NCBI GenBank assembly: GCA_947176385.1
Contig: CAMWQN010000001.1
Location: forward strand, 27,733 to 91,732
Length of the DNA stretch: 64,000 nt
DNA from: an uncultured Rickettsiales bacterium
GTDB taxonomy: Bacteria > Pseudomonadota > Alphaproteobacteria > Rs-D84
Direction of reading: 5' to 3'
This document shows positions 36,625 to 46,033 of the stretch, one piece after another (the stretch's first letter is position 1; every line of letters starts with the position of its first letter). A model generated the notes under the pieces. The model was not told the DNA's origin, did no database searches, and saw only the letters and a list, made by a program, of their open reading frames with translations. Both the position numbers and the translations under genes were made by a program.

Positions 36625-37584
36625 TTATTCTTCGTTCGTTGAAATTACCAATACGCGGTTTCCTTTATAGAACTTGGCATATGGGATTGGTGTTGCACGA
36701 CCAAAATTACGTACCAATGCAGATGCAACATCAACAAAGCGACCTTTGAACACAGCACTGGCTTCGATTGGGTATTCACGTGATGTTGCCCAAACCAAAT
36801 CCCAACCTTCTTTGTTGGACCAGTCTTGCAAAACTTCGCGCAAAGTCTGACCATTTGCAACAACCCAAGAACGAACCTGATCTGTGATTGTAGCTGGCGC
36901 TTCGGCATCGGCAGAAATATCAACAGCAATTTCAGCGGTTTCGTCAATTACAACACCGTCTTCATTAACAATTTCGCCCTTTTCATTTATCAACTTGCCA
37001 TCTGCACGCATCATCATACCAGTCTTGGTTGCAAACGCCAGATATCCATCTGCATATCCGCCGCAATTTTTACGACCACTGCGTGAAACGGTCAGAACAT
37101 TACCACCATCATCTTCCAGCACTTCGCGATGCAACAAAGGCATTTCAGCGCCATTATTACATTCATCGTCAAAACCAACCGGAATCTGTGTACCATGCAA
37201 CAAATTTGCACCGCCAGACCATCCACCAAATCCATTTACATTGCCTGTACCCAGATTAAAGTTATTTTCGACAACTAAATCTGCACCGATTTTTGAAACA
37301 ATCTTGATATTATCAGACTGCTTGTTTTTAGCACACAAACCGGATTCACATGCAACTTCTATATCTGCATCCGATCCAGCAATTGGCCATGCTGGGATTG
37401 GTGCAGTATTTACGGTTTGAATTTCCTGTTGTTGATACTGAACCTCTTCAAATCTATTATCAACGGTATCTTTTTCCTGGGAATAAAACACCTCAGACGT
37501 GACAACCTGTGGCAAATTTTGTGCTGCGAAACAATAGCCTGCTGCTGTTGCAAACATGGCAAAAATCAAGACCTTGCGAAACAT
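36625..37584 (-). CDS. pilus-assembly partner protein with a TcpQ-like C-terminal domain
   Basis: Signal peptide. The C-terminal VRSWVVANGQTLREVLQDWSNKEGWDLVW..YPIEASAVFKGRFVDVASALV matches the TcpQ-type domain pattern. It sits 22 bp upstream of, and co-directional with, the secretin. Confidence 0.45.
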   Translation of the reverse strand: MFRKVLIFAMFATAAGYCFAAQNLPQVVTSEVFYSQEKDTVDNRFEEVQYQQQEIQTVNTAPIPAWPIAGSDADIEVACESGLCAKNKQSDNIKIVSKIGADLVVENNFNLGTGNVNGFGGWSGGANLLHGTQIPVGFDDECNNGAEMPLLHREVLEDDGGNVLTVSRSGRKNCGGYADGYLAFATKTGMMMRADGKLINEKGEIVNEDGVVIDETAEIAVDISADAEAPATITDQVRSWVVANGQTLREVLQDWSNKEGWDLVWATSREYPIEASAVFKGRFVDVASALVRNFGRATPIPYAKFYKGNRVLVISTNEE

Positions 37585-37728
37585 ACGACTTCCTTTCCTG
37601 CGCGTTTATGTCTTTATTATTATACGTCATTATAACAATTCGACCGAATCTGTGCAAGACTAAAAACACACTATAATCGGTGACTTTTGTAATGGGCGCA
37701 GATAAAATCGCACGAATCGCAAAAAGTA

Positions 37729-37737
37729 TGCTATACT
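37729..37737 (+). promoter_or_regulatory. extended -10 promoter (TGcTATACT) for the 37757 gene, divergent from the TcpQ-like/secretin genes
   Basis: TGn + TATACT lies 20 nt upstream of the ATG. Confidence 0.4.
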
Positions 37738-37756
37738 AAAACCAAAAACAATAAAT

Positions 37757-38311
37757 TTGATGGGGTCAATAATGCAAAATGTACTTGTTTTATCAGGAAT
37801 TATATTGCTGGCTGTATTGTCAATTTCGACAATCATAATGTTGTGGGGCATAAATACGCGCGTTCAAGCAATGTCAAAAACATTAACATACCAATATAAC
37901 CTGGTTGTAAAAATGCAAAAGGCATTAAAAAACAAATCTGCAACAAACGCGATTACAGAAAACGCCGAAATTATATACCAAGACTTGCTGCAAAGCCTGA
38001 TTCCAATAATGGCAGCCATCGATGTTATGCCACGAAACACATCAGAACATCAATTATGGCGCGCACTGGGCGGAATAATGGATGAATATGGAAAAAATCC
38101 ATTTGCACTGGAAAAACTGCGTCGTGCAATAAAACTGGATTCCGAGGTTGCACGCAACGTCGATAACTATATGACACGTGCCGACAGTTTCTTGCATTAC
38201 CTGACGACCACAGAACCAGAAGGAATCCTGGCTGCAACATTTACAGATGGATTACTGGGGCAATCACTAACATTCTTTGCCCAGGCAAAGCAACTGGCGA
38301 ATCAAGACTGA
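37757..38311 (+). CDS. hypothetical membrane-anchored protein
   Basis: N-terminal TM helix (VLVLSGIILLAVLSISTIIML) then a helical domain; no recognised family. Its stop lies immediately before sufB. Confidence 0.4.
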   Translation: MMGSIMQNVLVLSGIILLAVLSISTIIMLWGINTRVQAMSKTLTYQYNLVVKMQKALKNKSATNAITENAEIIYQDLLQSLIPIMAAIDVMPRNTSEHQLWRALGGIMDEYGKNPFALEKLRRAIKLDSEVARNVDNYMTRADSFLHYLTTTEPEGILAATFTDGLLGQSLTFFAQAKQLANQD

Positions 38312-38312
38312 T

Positions 38313-39629
38313 ATGGCAAAACTGTCCCCTGACCTTATACGCGAAATATCCCGTCTGCGTGGCGAACCAGACTGGCTGTTACAATGGCGCCTGTCAGCAT
38401 TTGACACATGGCAGAAAATGTCCGAACCACATTGGGCAGAAATAAATTACGCACCAATCAATTATGATGAGTTAGATTATTATAACGAACCAAAGCCTAT
38501 TGATAATTCTGATTTAAAAGACTTATATGACAAAATGGGTTTGCCTGACAGTGAAAAACAAGCCCTACTCGGCATGGCGACCGATACAGTTATCGACAGC
38601 CGTTCTGTTCACACATCATATACAGAAACATTAAAGGAACTTGGAATTATATTCCTGCCATTTTCAGATGCAGTGCGCGAATATCCGGAACTCGTAAAAA
38701 GATACCTGGGTACCGTTGTTCCTGCGGGCGATAATTTCTTTGCCGCATTAAATGCCGCAGTATTTTCAGATGGAACATTTGTTTACGTTCCCAAAAACAC
38801 CAAGTGTCCAATTGATTTAGCCAGCTATTTCAGAATCGAAACTGCAAAAATTGGACAATTTGAACGCACACTGATTATCGCAGACTGTGGCGCAGAATTA
38901 TCGTATATGGAAGGATGCAGCGCCCCACGCCGTCCAAACCACCAACTGCACAGCGGTGTTGTCGAAATCGTCGTACATGACAATGCCACGGTAAAATATG
39001 CAACAGTTCAAAACTGGTTCGCCGGCGACAGTGACGGCAACGGTGGAATATTAAATTTTGTAACCAAGCGCGGACGTACAGACACAAACGCCAGACTTGA
39101 CTGGACCCAGGTTGAAATTGGCGCAGCCATGACATGGAAATATCCATCCACAATATTGATGGGTGATAATTCACACAGTGATTTTTATTCGTTAACAATA
39201 ACGCGCAGTGCCCAGCAATCTGATACCGGCACAAAAATGATACATATTGGCAATAACACTACATCAAATATCGTATCATATGGCGTAGCACTGGACACAT
39301 CACACCAAACATTCCGCAGCCGTGTTCAATTCACAGGTCACGATGGCAAAAACGCATCCAAATGTGACACACGCATTATTGGAAATCAGGCTGTTGCAAA
39401 CACACTGCCAACAATTATTCATGCCAATGCCGACAATAAACAAAGTCACGAGGCATCAACCGGCGCCATTGACGCCCAACAATTACTATATTTAACAACC
39501 GCCGGCATTGATATAGATACCGCAACTGCCCTGATAATTGGCGCAGCCGCATCCCCGATTATATCGCGCCTGCCGATGGAATTTTTGGTTGAATCAAAGC
39601 AGTTGATACAAATGGCACTGGAACATTAA
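38313..39629 (+). CDS. sufB: Fe-S cluster assembly scaffold protein SufB
   Basis: SufB/SufD-family beta-helix core and conserved C-terminal region. Start taken at MAKLSPDL. Confidence 0.8.
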   Translation: MAKLSPDLIREISRLRGEPDWLLQWRLSAFDTWQKMSEPHWAEINYAPINYDELDYYNEPKPIDNSDLKDLYDKMGLPDSEKQALLGMATDTVIDSRSVHTSYTETLKELGIIFLPFSDAVREYPELVKRYLGTVVPAGDNFFAALNAAVFSDGTFVYVPKNTKCPIDLASYFRIETAKIGQFERTLIIADCGAELSYMEGCSAPRRPNHQLHSGVVEIVVHDNATVKYATVQNWFAGDSDGNGGILNFVTKRGRTDTNARLDWTQVEIGAAMTWKYPSTILMGDNSHSDFYSLTITRSAQQSDTGTKMIHIGNNTTSNIVSYGVALDTSHQTFRSRVQFTGHDGKNASKCDTRIIGNQAVANTLPTIIHANADNKQSHEASTGAIDAQQLLYLTTAGIDIDTATALIIGAAASPIISRLPMEFLVESKQLIQMALEH

Positions 39630-39667
39630 AGATGATATAATATCAAACATATACAGGATTTAATATT

Positions 39668-40339
39668 ATGCTAGAAATCAAAAACCTGTCCGTATCAATG
39701 GACGGTAAACAATTATTATCAGATATAAACCTGCGCGTCACACGTGGTGCACGTCACCTGTTATCGGGTCACAATGGCTGCGGAAAAACAACACTGGTGC
39801 AAACAATTTCTGGCAATCCAGAATACACCATTGACAGCGGTCAAATTATATTTGATGGACGTGATGTAACAAACGACAATGCAACCACACGCGCATTACT
39901 GGGGATATTTATCGGCGCACAAAATGTACCAGAAATTCCAGGATTAACAATGGTCAGTTTCCTAAAATACGCCATGGTTGCACACACACATTTCCAAACA
40001 GGTCGCGATTTATCCATGGCAGAATTTTTAGAAAAACTGGAATCCGCCCGTGCAAAATTAAACATTCCCAAAGAATGGTTAAACCGCAGTGTAAATGTTG
40101 GATTCTCAGGTGGCGAACGCAAACGTCTGATGCTGTTGCGTTTGGTATTAACCGCACCACAATTTGCGATATTGGACGAACCAGACTCTGGCGCAGATGC
40201 TGCAACAAAACAGCAAATCGCAGATATAATAAACGATATGCCAGACACAACATTTTTGTTTATCAGTCACCAAGAAGACTTTACAAAACAGGTTAAACCA
40301 ACAGCCGTTACACAAATGAAAAACGGATGTATTTTATAG
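39668..40339 (+). CDS. sufC: Fe-S cluster assembly ATPase SufC
   Basis: Walker A GHNGCGKTT, ABC signature FSGGERKR, Walker B ILDEPDSG. Confidence 0.85.
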   Translation: MLEIKNLSVSMDGKQLLSDINLRVTRGARHLLSGHNGCGKTTLVQTISGNPEYTIDSGQIIFDGRDVTNDNATTRALLGIFIGAQNVPEIPGLTMVSFLKYAMVAHTHFQTGRDLSMAEFLEKLESARAKLNIPKEWLNRSVNVGFSGGERKRLMLLRLVLTAPQFAILDEPDSGADAATKQQIADIINDMPDTTFLFISHQEDFTKQVKPTAVTQMKNGCIL

Positions 40340-40389
40340 GGGTAAAAAAAACGCGCTATATGCACATACACAAGGCATAGGAGGATTTT

Positions 40390-41436
40390 ATGAACGGTTT
40401 AATTTTATTTGTTGCATTTGTAACATTCCTGTGGTTGGGACGTTCAATTTTAATACCATTATTGGTTGCTGTATTCATGTGGTATTTGATAAACGCAATT
40501 GCTGCATACTATCGCAAAATTATGCCTTCCCCAACATGCAGATGTGGAACGAAATGCACATTAACATCAAAATCATTTGATTGGGTGTCACGTATTTTGG
40601 CAATTGCAACACTGTGTTTTGTCACATACCTGTTTGCAACCCAGGTTCGCCCAATGTTTTCAGAACTGCTTACTGCAATGCCTGATATCCAAGCCAAGAT
40701 GCTAAACCTGGGCAACTATCTGTCCGATATGTTGGGATTACAATTTGATGCCAGCATGTTGCCAGACATGACCAAGATTGCATCAAACGTTGGTGCATCT
40801 GCAGCATCCATTGCAGCATCGGTTGGTATGATTTTAGTATATATGCTGTTCATGTTTATTGAACAAAGTACATTCAACCGCAAATTTACCGTGATGTTTC
40901 CAAACAAAACACGTTCTAAAAAAATGCGTTATATTCTGGAAAGCATTGACGATAACATGAAAAAATATCTGTTCATGAAAACATTTATTTCTGCGATTAC
41001 AGGACTGTTATCATACGTATGGTTAAATGCCATTGGGCTGGAATTCGCAGGCGTTTGGGCATTTATTGTATTTATAACCAGTTACATCCCAACAATCGGC
41101 GCAATCGTTGCGTGTGGACTGCCAATTTTATATTCACTGGCAATCAGCCCAGATTTACATCTGGCACTGCTAACCGCAGGCGGCTTAATCGGATTGCAAG
41201 TATTGTTCGGAAATATTATTGAACCAAAGTTAACCGGAAAAACATTAAACCTGTCAACGCTGGCAATTTTAATAAACCTGGTATTCTGGGGAATGATTTG
41301 GGGCGTCGCCGGAATGTTTTTCAGCGTACCTTTATTGGTGGCAACATTTATTATCACAGCACAATTTGATTCAACGCGTTGGATTGCAGTATTACTGTCA
41401 GCCGATGGCAACATTCCAGATAAACGTGAAGACTAA
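40390..41436 (+). CDS. AI-2E family transporter (PerM/YdiK-like permease)
   Basis: 348 aa with about 8 TM helices and AI-2E-type topology. Confidence 0.6.
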   Translation: MNGLILFVAFVTFLWLGRSILIPLLVAVFMWYLINAIAAYYRKIMPSPTCRCGTKCTLTSKSFDWVSRILAIATLCFVTYLFATQVRPMFSELLTAMPDIQAKMLNLGNYLSDMLGLQFDASMLPDMTKIASNVGASAASIAASVGMILVYMLFMFIEQSTFNRKFTVMFPNKTRSKKMRYILESIDDNMKKYLFMKTFISAITGLLSYVWLNAIGLEFAGVWAFIVFITSYIPTIGAIVACGLPILYSLAISPDLHLALLTAGGLIGLQVLFGNIIEPKLTGKTLNLSTLAILINLVFWGMIWGVAGMFFSVPLLVATFIITAQFDSTRWIAVLLSADGNIPDKRED

Positions 41437-41454
41437 AAAAACGTGCTATATGCA

Positions 41455-41901
41455 CTAAATCCGGCGTATAACGGCGATTGCATTTTCTAAAATTACACGT
41501 GCAGATTCTGAATCCAGGCGCTGTTTTATATCACGAACACGCACGCGTCCCATTTGTTCTTGGGCTGTAATGCTTGTTAAGTTTTCTTCTATAAAACAAA
41601 TCGGTAAATCTGTAAATGTTGCCAATTCACTTGCAAATGTACGTACAGCGGTGGCTGTATCAGATACCGTACCATCTGAATGCACCGGCAATCCGATAAT
41701 AATACCAACAACTTTTTCAGCCCCTGCAATGTCTGCCACACGCGGTGCAACACATTCCCCTGCCCGTGCAATAATTGTGTCACGCGTGAATATAAATTCA
41801 CGTGTTGGGTCTGATACAGCAACACCCGTGCGACGTGCACCCCAGTCAACACCCATTACGCGTCCAACACGCGGAAAATCCTTGAAATCTGGCAAAATCA
41901 T
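41455..41901 (-). CDS. ruvX: Holliday-junction resolvase-like / pre-16S rRNA nuclease RuvX (YqgF)
   Basis: 148 aa with an RNase H-like fold; the first acidic motif is VMGVDWGARRTGVAVSD. Confidence 0.8.
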   Translation of the reverse strand: MILPDFKDFPRVGRVMGVDWGARRTGVAVSDPTREFIFTRDTIIARAGECVAPRVADIAGAEKVVGIIIGLPVHSDGTVSDTATAVRTFASELATFTDLPICFIEENLTSITAQEQMGRVRVRDIKQRLDSESARVILENAIAVIRRI

Positions 41902-41937
41902 TGTATAATCACCTTAGTTTATATAATAGGATTCAAA

Positions 41938-42231
41938 ATGGCATTTAGCAAGCAGCAATTAAACAAATTCGCAGATTTAATCCGCATTGAAATTTCAGAA
42001 GAAAAACTGGCAGCAATGAACATTGATTCTGTTGTCGATTGGCTGGATAAATTACAGAAAATTGATACGCATGGCGTTGAACCAATGCTGAACCCATGTG
42101 AACACAGTATTCCACGTCGCACAGATGTTGTAACCGACGGAAATATCCGTGATGCGGTCTTGGCAAATGATCCAGATACCGCTGGCGTATCCCGTGGATA
42201 CTTTGCAGTACCAAAAGTTATGGATGAATAA
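41938..42231 (+). CDS. gatC: Asp/Glu-tRNA amidotransferase subunit C
   Basis: 97 aa, size and composition of GatC; directly upstream of gatA. Confidence 0.75.
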   Translation: MAFSKQQLNKFADLIRIEISEEKLAAMNIDSVVDWLDKLQKIDTHGVEPMLNPCEHSIPRRTDVVTDGNIRDAVLANDPDTAGVSRGYFAVPKVMDE

Positions 42232-42243
42232 AAGGCATCCACA

Positions 42244-42642
42244 ATGAAACTGACAAGTGATTTTATTATTGTATTTTTTGATACTGCGGCAGTGTTAACA
42301 TTGACAACAGAAGAAAAAAAGAAAAATCTTTATACTGCACTGCAGGCAGAAGATTCATTACCCGAAAATTCATGCATTCAAAAATTGTCTTTGCGGTACA
42401 GTGAAACCATTGACTTTAACAAAATTGACGGACGCGGAATACATATTGATCCACTGTGGTATAAAGATGAAAGAAAACCTTTATCTTGTGCCCCAGAATG
42501 TGCAGGAAATTGTGATAGACGCACCAGAATGCGTATATGCGCTGAAAATTTAAAAACAGGCAAATGCCAAGATGCTTTCATGCGCCGCACGTTGGGTGCC
42601 ACCCTGTTCCCAAAACTTTATATAACCGAAAAACAAAAATAA
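42244..42642 (+). CDS. hypothetical protein inserted between gatC and gatA
   Basis: 132-aa ORF with a Cys cluster (CAPECAGNCD...C..C). No recognised family; overlaps nothing. Confidence 0.4.
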   Translation: MKLTSDFIIVFFDTAAVLTLTTEEKKKNLYTALQAEDSLPENSCIQKLSLRYSETIDFNKIDGRGIHIDPLWYKDERKPLSCAPECAGNCDRRTRMRICAENLKTGKCQDAFMRRTLGATLFPKLYITEKQK

Positions 42643-42661
42643 AAACGAAAGTGATATAACG

Positions 42662-44131
42662 ATGATTGACTTGACAATAACCGAAGCTATTCAAAAATTA
42701 AAGTCCCGCGAAATCAGCGCGACTGAATTAACACGCGCATATTTGGACCGTATCGAAAAATATGGCGCAGACTTAAATTGCTATATCACCGTAACACCGG
42801 AACGCGCAATCGCAGACGCAGCAGCGTCCGACGCACGATATGCATCTGGTGACGCCCTGCCCCTGGATGGTGCACCAATCGCAATGAAAGATTTATTCGC
42901 GACACGTGGCATTCGCACAACAGCGGCATCACGCATGTTGGAAAACTTTGTTCCAGAATATGAATCAACAATTTCACAAAAATTTATTGATGCCGGTACT
43001 GTATTGTTGGGCAAATCAAACCTGGACGAATTCGCGATGGGAACATTCAGCAAAACAAGTTTCTTTGGTGCACCAGTCAACCCATGGCAAATGGAAAAGC
43101 GCCTTACCGCGGGTGGTTCATCCGGTGGCGCAACATCTGCAATCGCGTCAGGACTTGCCATTGGTGGAACCGGAACCGACACAGGTGGTTCAATTCGTTT
43201 CCCTGCCGCAATTACCGGTCTGGTCGGCATGAAGCCAACATACGGTTTATGTTCACGTTGGGGTTGCGTTGCATTTGCATCCAGTCTGGATACACCGGGT
43301 CCAATTGCACGCACAGTTGATGACGCCGCATTACTGTTATCTGCAATGGCAGGTCACGATGCCAAGGATTCAACCAGTTGTCCAAACGCAAAATTTGATG
43401 CAACCACACCACTGGAACCGATATTGGGTAACGGCAAAAAATTACGCGTTGGTGTAATCAAAGAATTTGCAAATGTTGAAATTTCACCAGACATGAAAAA
43501 ATTATTCGACAGCCGCATTGCTGATTTAAAATCTGCCGGTGCTGAAATTGTCGAGGTATCAATTCCAAACGTCCTGGACGCATTGGCAGCATATTACATC
43601 ATTGCCCCGGCCGAGGCATCATCAAACCTGGCGCGTTATGATGGTATGCGTTATGGTCTGCGCGTCGAAGGCAGCGATTTAATCGATACATATAAAAAGA
43701 CACGCGCTGCCGGTTTTGGCACCGAAGTACAACGCCGTATGATTATCGGCACAGCAGTATTATCCAGCGAATCGTATGACGTGTATTTTATGCAGGCTGC
43801 ACGTGTTCGTCGCATGATCGCTGACAGTTTTAACACCGCATTTGAAAAATGTGACTTAATTGTATGCCCATCATCTGCTGGAACGGCAATGCCATTGGAT
43901 TCAGATTTGACACCACTGGAATATTACGCATTGGATTTATTTACCGTTGCGATGAATCTGGCTGGTATCCCTGCATGCAGCGTACCATGCGGTCTGGCAA
44001 CAAACGGTCTGCCACTGGGGATGCAAGTTGTAGGAAAGAGATTTGACGATATGCGTGTATTGCAATTGGCAAAGCACATTGAACAGTTTGCAAATATTGA
44101 CAACCGCCCAACAAAAATCATGGGTAAATAA
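42662..44131 (+). CDS. gatA: Glu-tRNA(Gln) amidotransferase subunit A
   Basis: Amidase signature GGSSGGATSAIASG and the catalytic Ser-cisSer-Lys context. Confidence 0.9.
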   Translation: MIDLTITEAIQKLKSREISATELTRAYLDRIEKYGADLNCYITVTPERAIADAAASDARYASGDALPLDGAPIAMKDLFATRGIRTTAASRMLENFVPEYESTISQKFIDAGTVLLGKSNLDEFAMGTFSKTSFFGAPVNPWQMEKRLTAGGSSGGATSAIASGLAIGGTGTDTGGSIRFPAAITGLVGMKPTYGLCSRWGCVAFASSLDTPGPIARTVDDAALLLSAMAGHDAKDSTSCPNAKFDATTPLEPILGNGKKLRVGVIKEFANVEISPDMKKLFDSRIADLKSAGAEIVEVSIPNVLDALAAYYIIAPAEASSNLARYDGMRYGLRVEGSDLIDTYKKTRAAGFGTEVQRRMIIGTAVLSSESYDVYFMQAARVRRMIADSFNTAFEKCDLIVCPSSAGTAMPLDSDLTPLEYYALDLFTVAMNLAGIPACSVPCGLATNGLPLGMQVVGKRFDDMRVLQLAKHIEQFANIDNRPTKIMGK

Positions 44132-44172
44132 AGGTTTCAAAAACATGTCGGAAAACGCAAAGAATAAAAAAA

Positions 44173-44248
44173 TGGTGGCTAGGAACGGAATCGAACCGCT
44201 GACACAGGGATTTTCAGTCCCTTGCTCTACCAACTGAGCTACCTAGCC
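44173..44248 (-). tRNA. tRNA-Phe (GAA)
   Basis: Minus-strand 76-nt cloverleaf GGCTAGGTAGCTCAGTTGGTAGAGCAAGGGACTGAAAATCCCTGTGTCAGCGGTTCGATTCCGTTCCTAGCCACCA. Anticodon loop CTGAAAA; the CCA end is encoded. Confidence 0.85.
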
Positions 44249-44302
44249 AATCCGACGTGCATAATAAGATACGAAAAGACAAAAAGCAAGGAAAAAGAAA
44301 AA

Positions 44303-45826
44303 ATGTTTACAATAAAAGGCAAAACAACAGACTGGGAACTGGTAATTGGTCTGGAAACACACATTGAAGTATTGTCCAATTCAAAATTATTCAGTGGTGC
44401 ATCCGCTGACTATAACCCAACGGTTTCCCCAAATACCCAGGTTTCAATGGTTGACGTTGCAATGCCTGGTATGCTGCCGGTATTAAATGAATATTGTGTC
44501 GAACAGGCAATTAAAATGGGACTGGGATTGAATGCAGAAATTTCCCGCCACAGTACATTTGCACGTAAACAGTATTTTTATCCTGACCTGCCCCAGGGAT
44601 ATCAGATTTCACAGCCTGCGGACCAGCCACCTGTTGTTGGTCGTGGTTGGGTTGAAATTATGGGCGATGACGGACAACCAAAGAAAATATTTATCGAACG
44701 TGCACACTTGGAACAAGACGCCGGTAAATTAAAACACGACGTTCACCCAACCAAATCATTCGCGGACTATAACCGTACCGGTGTTGCATTGTTGGAAATT
44801 GTAACATTCCTGGATGTAAAAAATCCTGAAAATAATTCTTATATTTCATCCCCGGATGAAGCAGAACGTTATCTGCGTGAAATTCGCGAAATCGCCCGCG
44901 CACTGGGTGTATCCAAGGCAAACATGGAAGAAGGTTCTATGCGTGCAGACGTAAATGTATCTGTCCGCCCTGCGGGCAGCAACGAATTCCGCACACGTAC
45001 TGAAACAAAAAACATGGTGTCATTTAAATTTATTAAATCCGCCATTGAATACGAGGCACGCCGTCAAATCGAAATTTATGAAAATGGTGGCACTGTTTCC
45101 CAGGATACAATGCGCTATAACCAGGGGGACGGTACAACATCCGTAATGCGCAGCAAAGAAGACGCACTGGATTATCGTTATTTCCCAGATCCAGATTTGT
45201 TGCCATTGGATATTGATGAAGAAACAATCGAACGCATTCGTAAAACGATGCCTGAATTACCAGCAGCAACACGCGCGCGATACATTTCTGAATATGGTCT
45301 GTCCGAATATGACGCCGCGCGCTTAACAGAAAACACCGACATATCCAAATGGTATGACGCGGCGGTGAATGGCAAAAAAGAGCGTGGTAAACCAATAGCA
45401 AACTGGATGATTTCTGAACTGTTTGCACACCCTGAAAATTGGGATGTAAAAAATGCTGTGGATACTGCTGAGCCTGATGCACCGCGCATTATTACACCTG
45501 CAAATTTATCTGAATTGGTTGATATGATTGCAGCCTGTGACATCAATGGTAAACAAGCAAAAGAAATCTTTATCAAGATGCTGGACGGCGAAAATGGCAC
45601 GCCAAAAGAGATTGCAAAAAAGTACGGTATGCAACAGATGACCGATACCGGTGCCATTGAAAAAGTAATTGATGAAGTAATCGCTAAAAATCCATCACAG
45701 GTTGAACAATATAAATCTGGCAAGGTGGGACTATTGGGATTCTTTGTTGGTAATGTTATGAAAGCAACAGGTGGCACGGCAAATCCAGCCATCGTAAATG
45801 AAATGATGCGTAAAAAATTGGCATAA
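44303..45826 (+). CDS. gatB: Asp/Glu-tRNA amidotransferase subunit B
   Basis: GatB N-terminal catalytic domain (..LVIGLETHIEVLSNSKLFSGAS..) and a C-terminal YqeY-like domain. Start at MFTIKG, because the ORF-track start at 44222 reads through the antisense tRNA. Confidence 0.9.
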   Translation: MFTIKGKTTDWELVIGLETHIEVLSNSKLFSGASADYNPTVSPNTQVSMVDVAMPGMLPVLNEYCVEQAIKMGLGLNAEISRHSTFARKQYFYPDLPQGYQISQPADQPPVVGRGWVEIMGDDGQPKKIFIERAHLEQDAGKLKHDVHPTKSFADYNRTGVALLEIVTFLDVKNPENNSYISSPDEAERYLREIREIARALGVSKANMEEGSMRADVNVSVRPAGSNEFRTRTETKNMVSFKFIKSAIEYEARRQIEIYENGGTVSQDTMRYNQGDGTTSVMRSKEDALDYRYFPDPDLLPLDIDEETIERIRKTMPELPAATRARYISEYGLSEYDAARLTENTDISKWYDAAVNGKKERGKPIANWMISELFAHPENWDVKNAVDTAEPDAPRIITPANLSELVDMIAACDINGKQAKEIFIKMLDGENGTPKEIAKKYGMQQMTDTGAIEKVIDEVIAKNPSQVEQYKSGKVGLLGFFVGNVMKATGGTANPAIVNEMMRKKLA

Positions 45827-45846
45827 AGAATAAAAGGAATACAAAG

Positions 45847-46032
45847 ATGAAAGTAATCAATATGACTTATAATCCGATAACCGGTGTTCAATATAACGCC
45901 GTTGAAATTCCGGATGTGGAAATAAAAAGCAATTATGACGCAACCGCTGCTGCCGCTGCATATCAGCAAACACAACAGGTACGCGCAAAACGCACCGCAC
46001 GCATTCGTAAAAACAATACCAAACACAAATAA
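45847..46032 (+). CDS. small hypothetical protein (61 aa)
   Basis: Short ORF with a plausible RBS, ending 1 nt before miaB. Basic C-terminus. Low support. Confidence 0.25.
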   Translation: MKVINMTYNPITGVQYNAVEIPDVEIKSNYDATAAAAAYQQTQQVRAKRTARIRKNNTKHK

Positions 46033-46033
46033 A

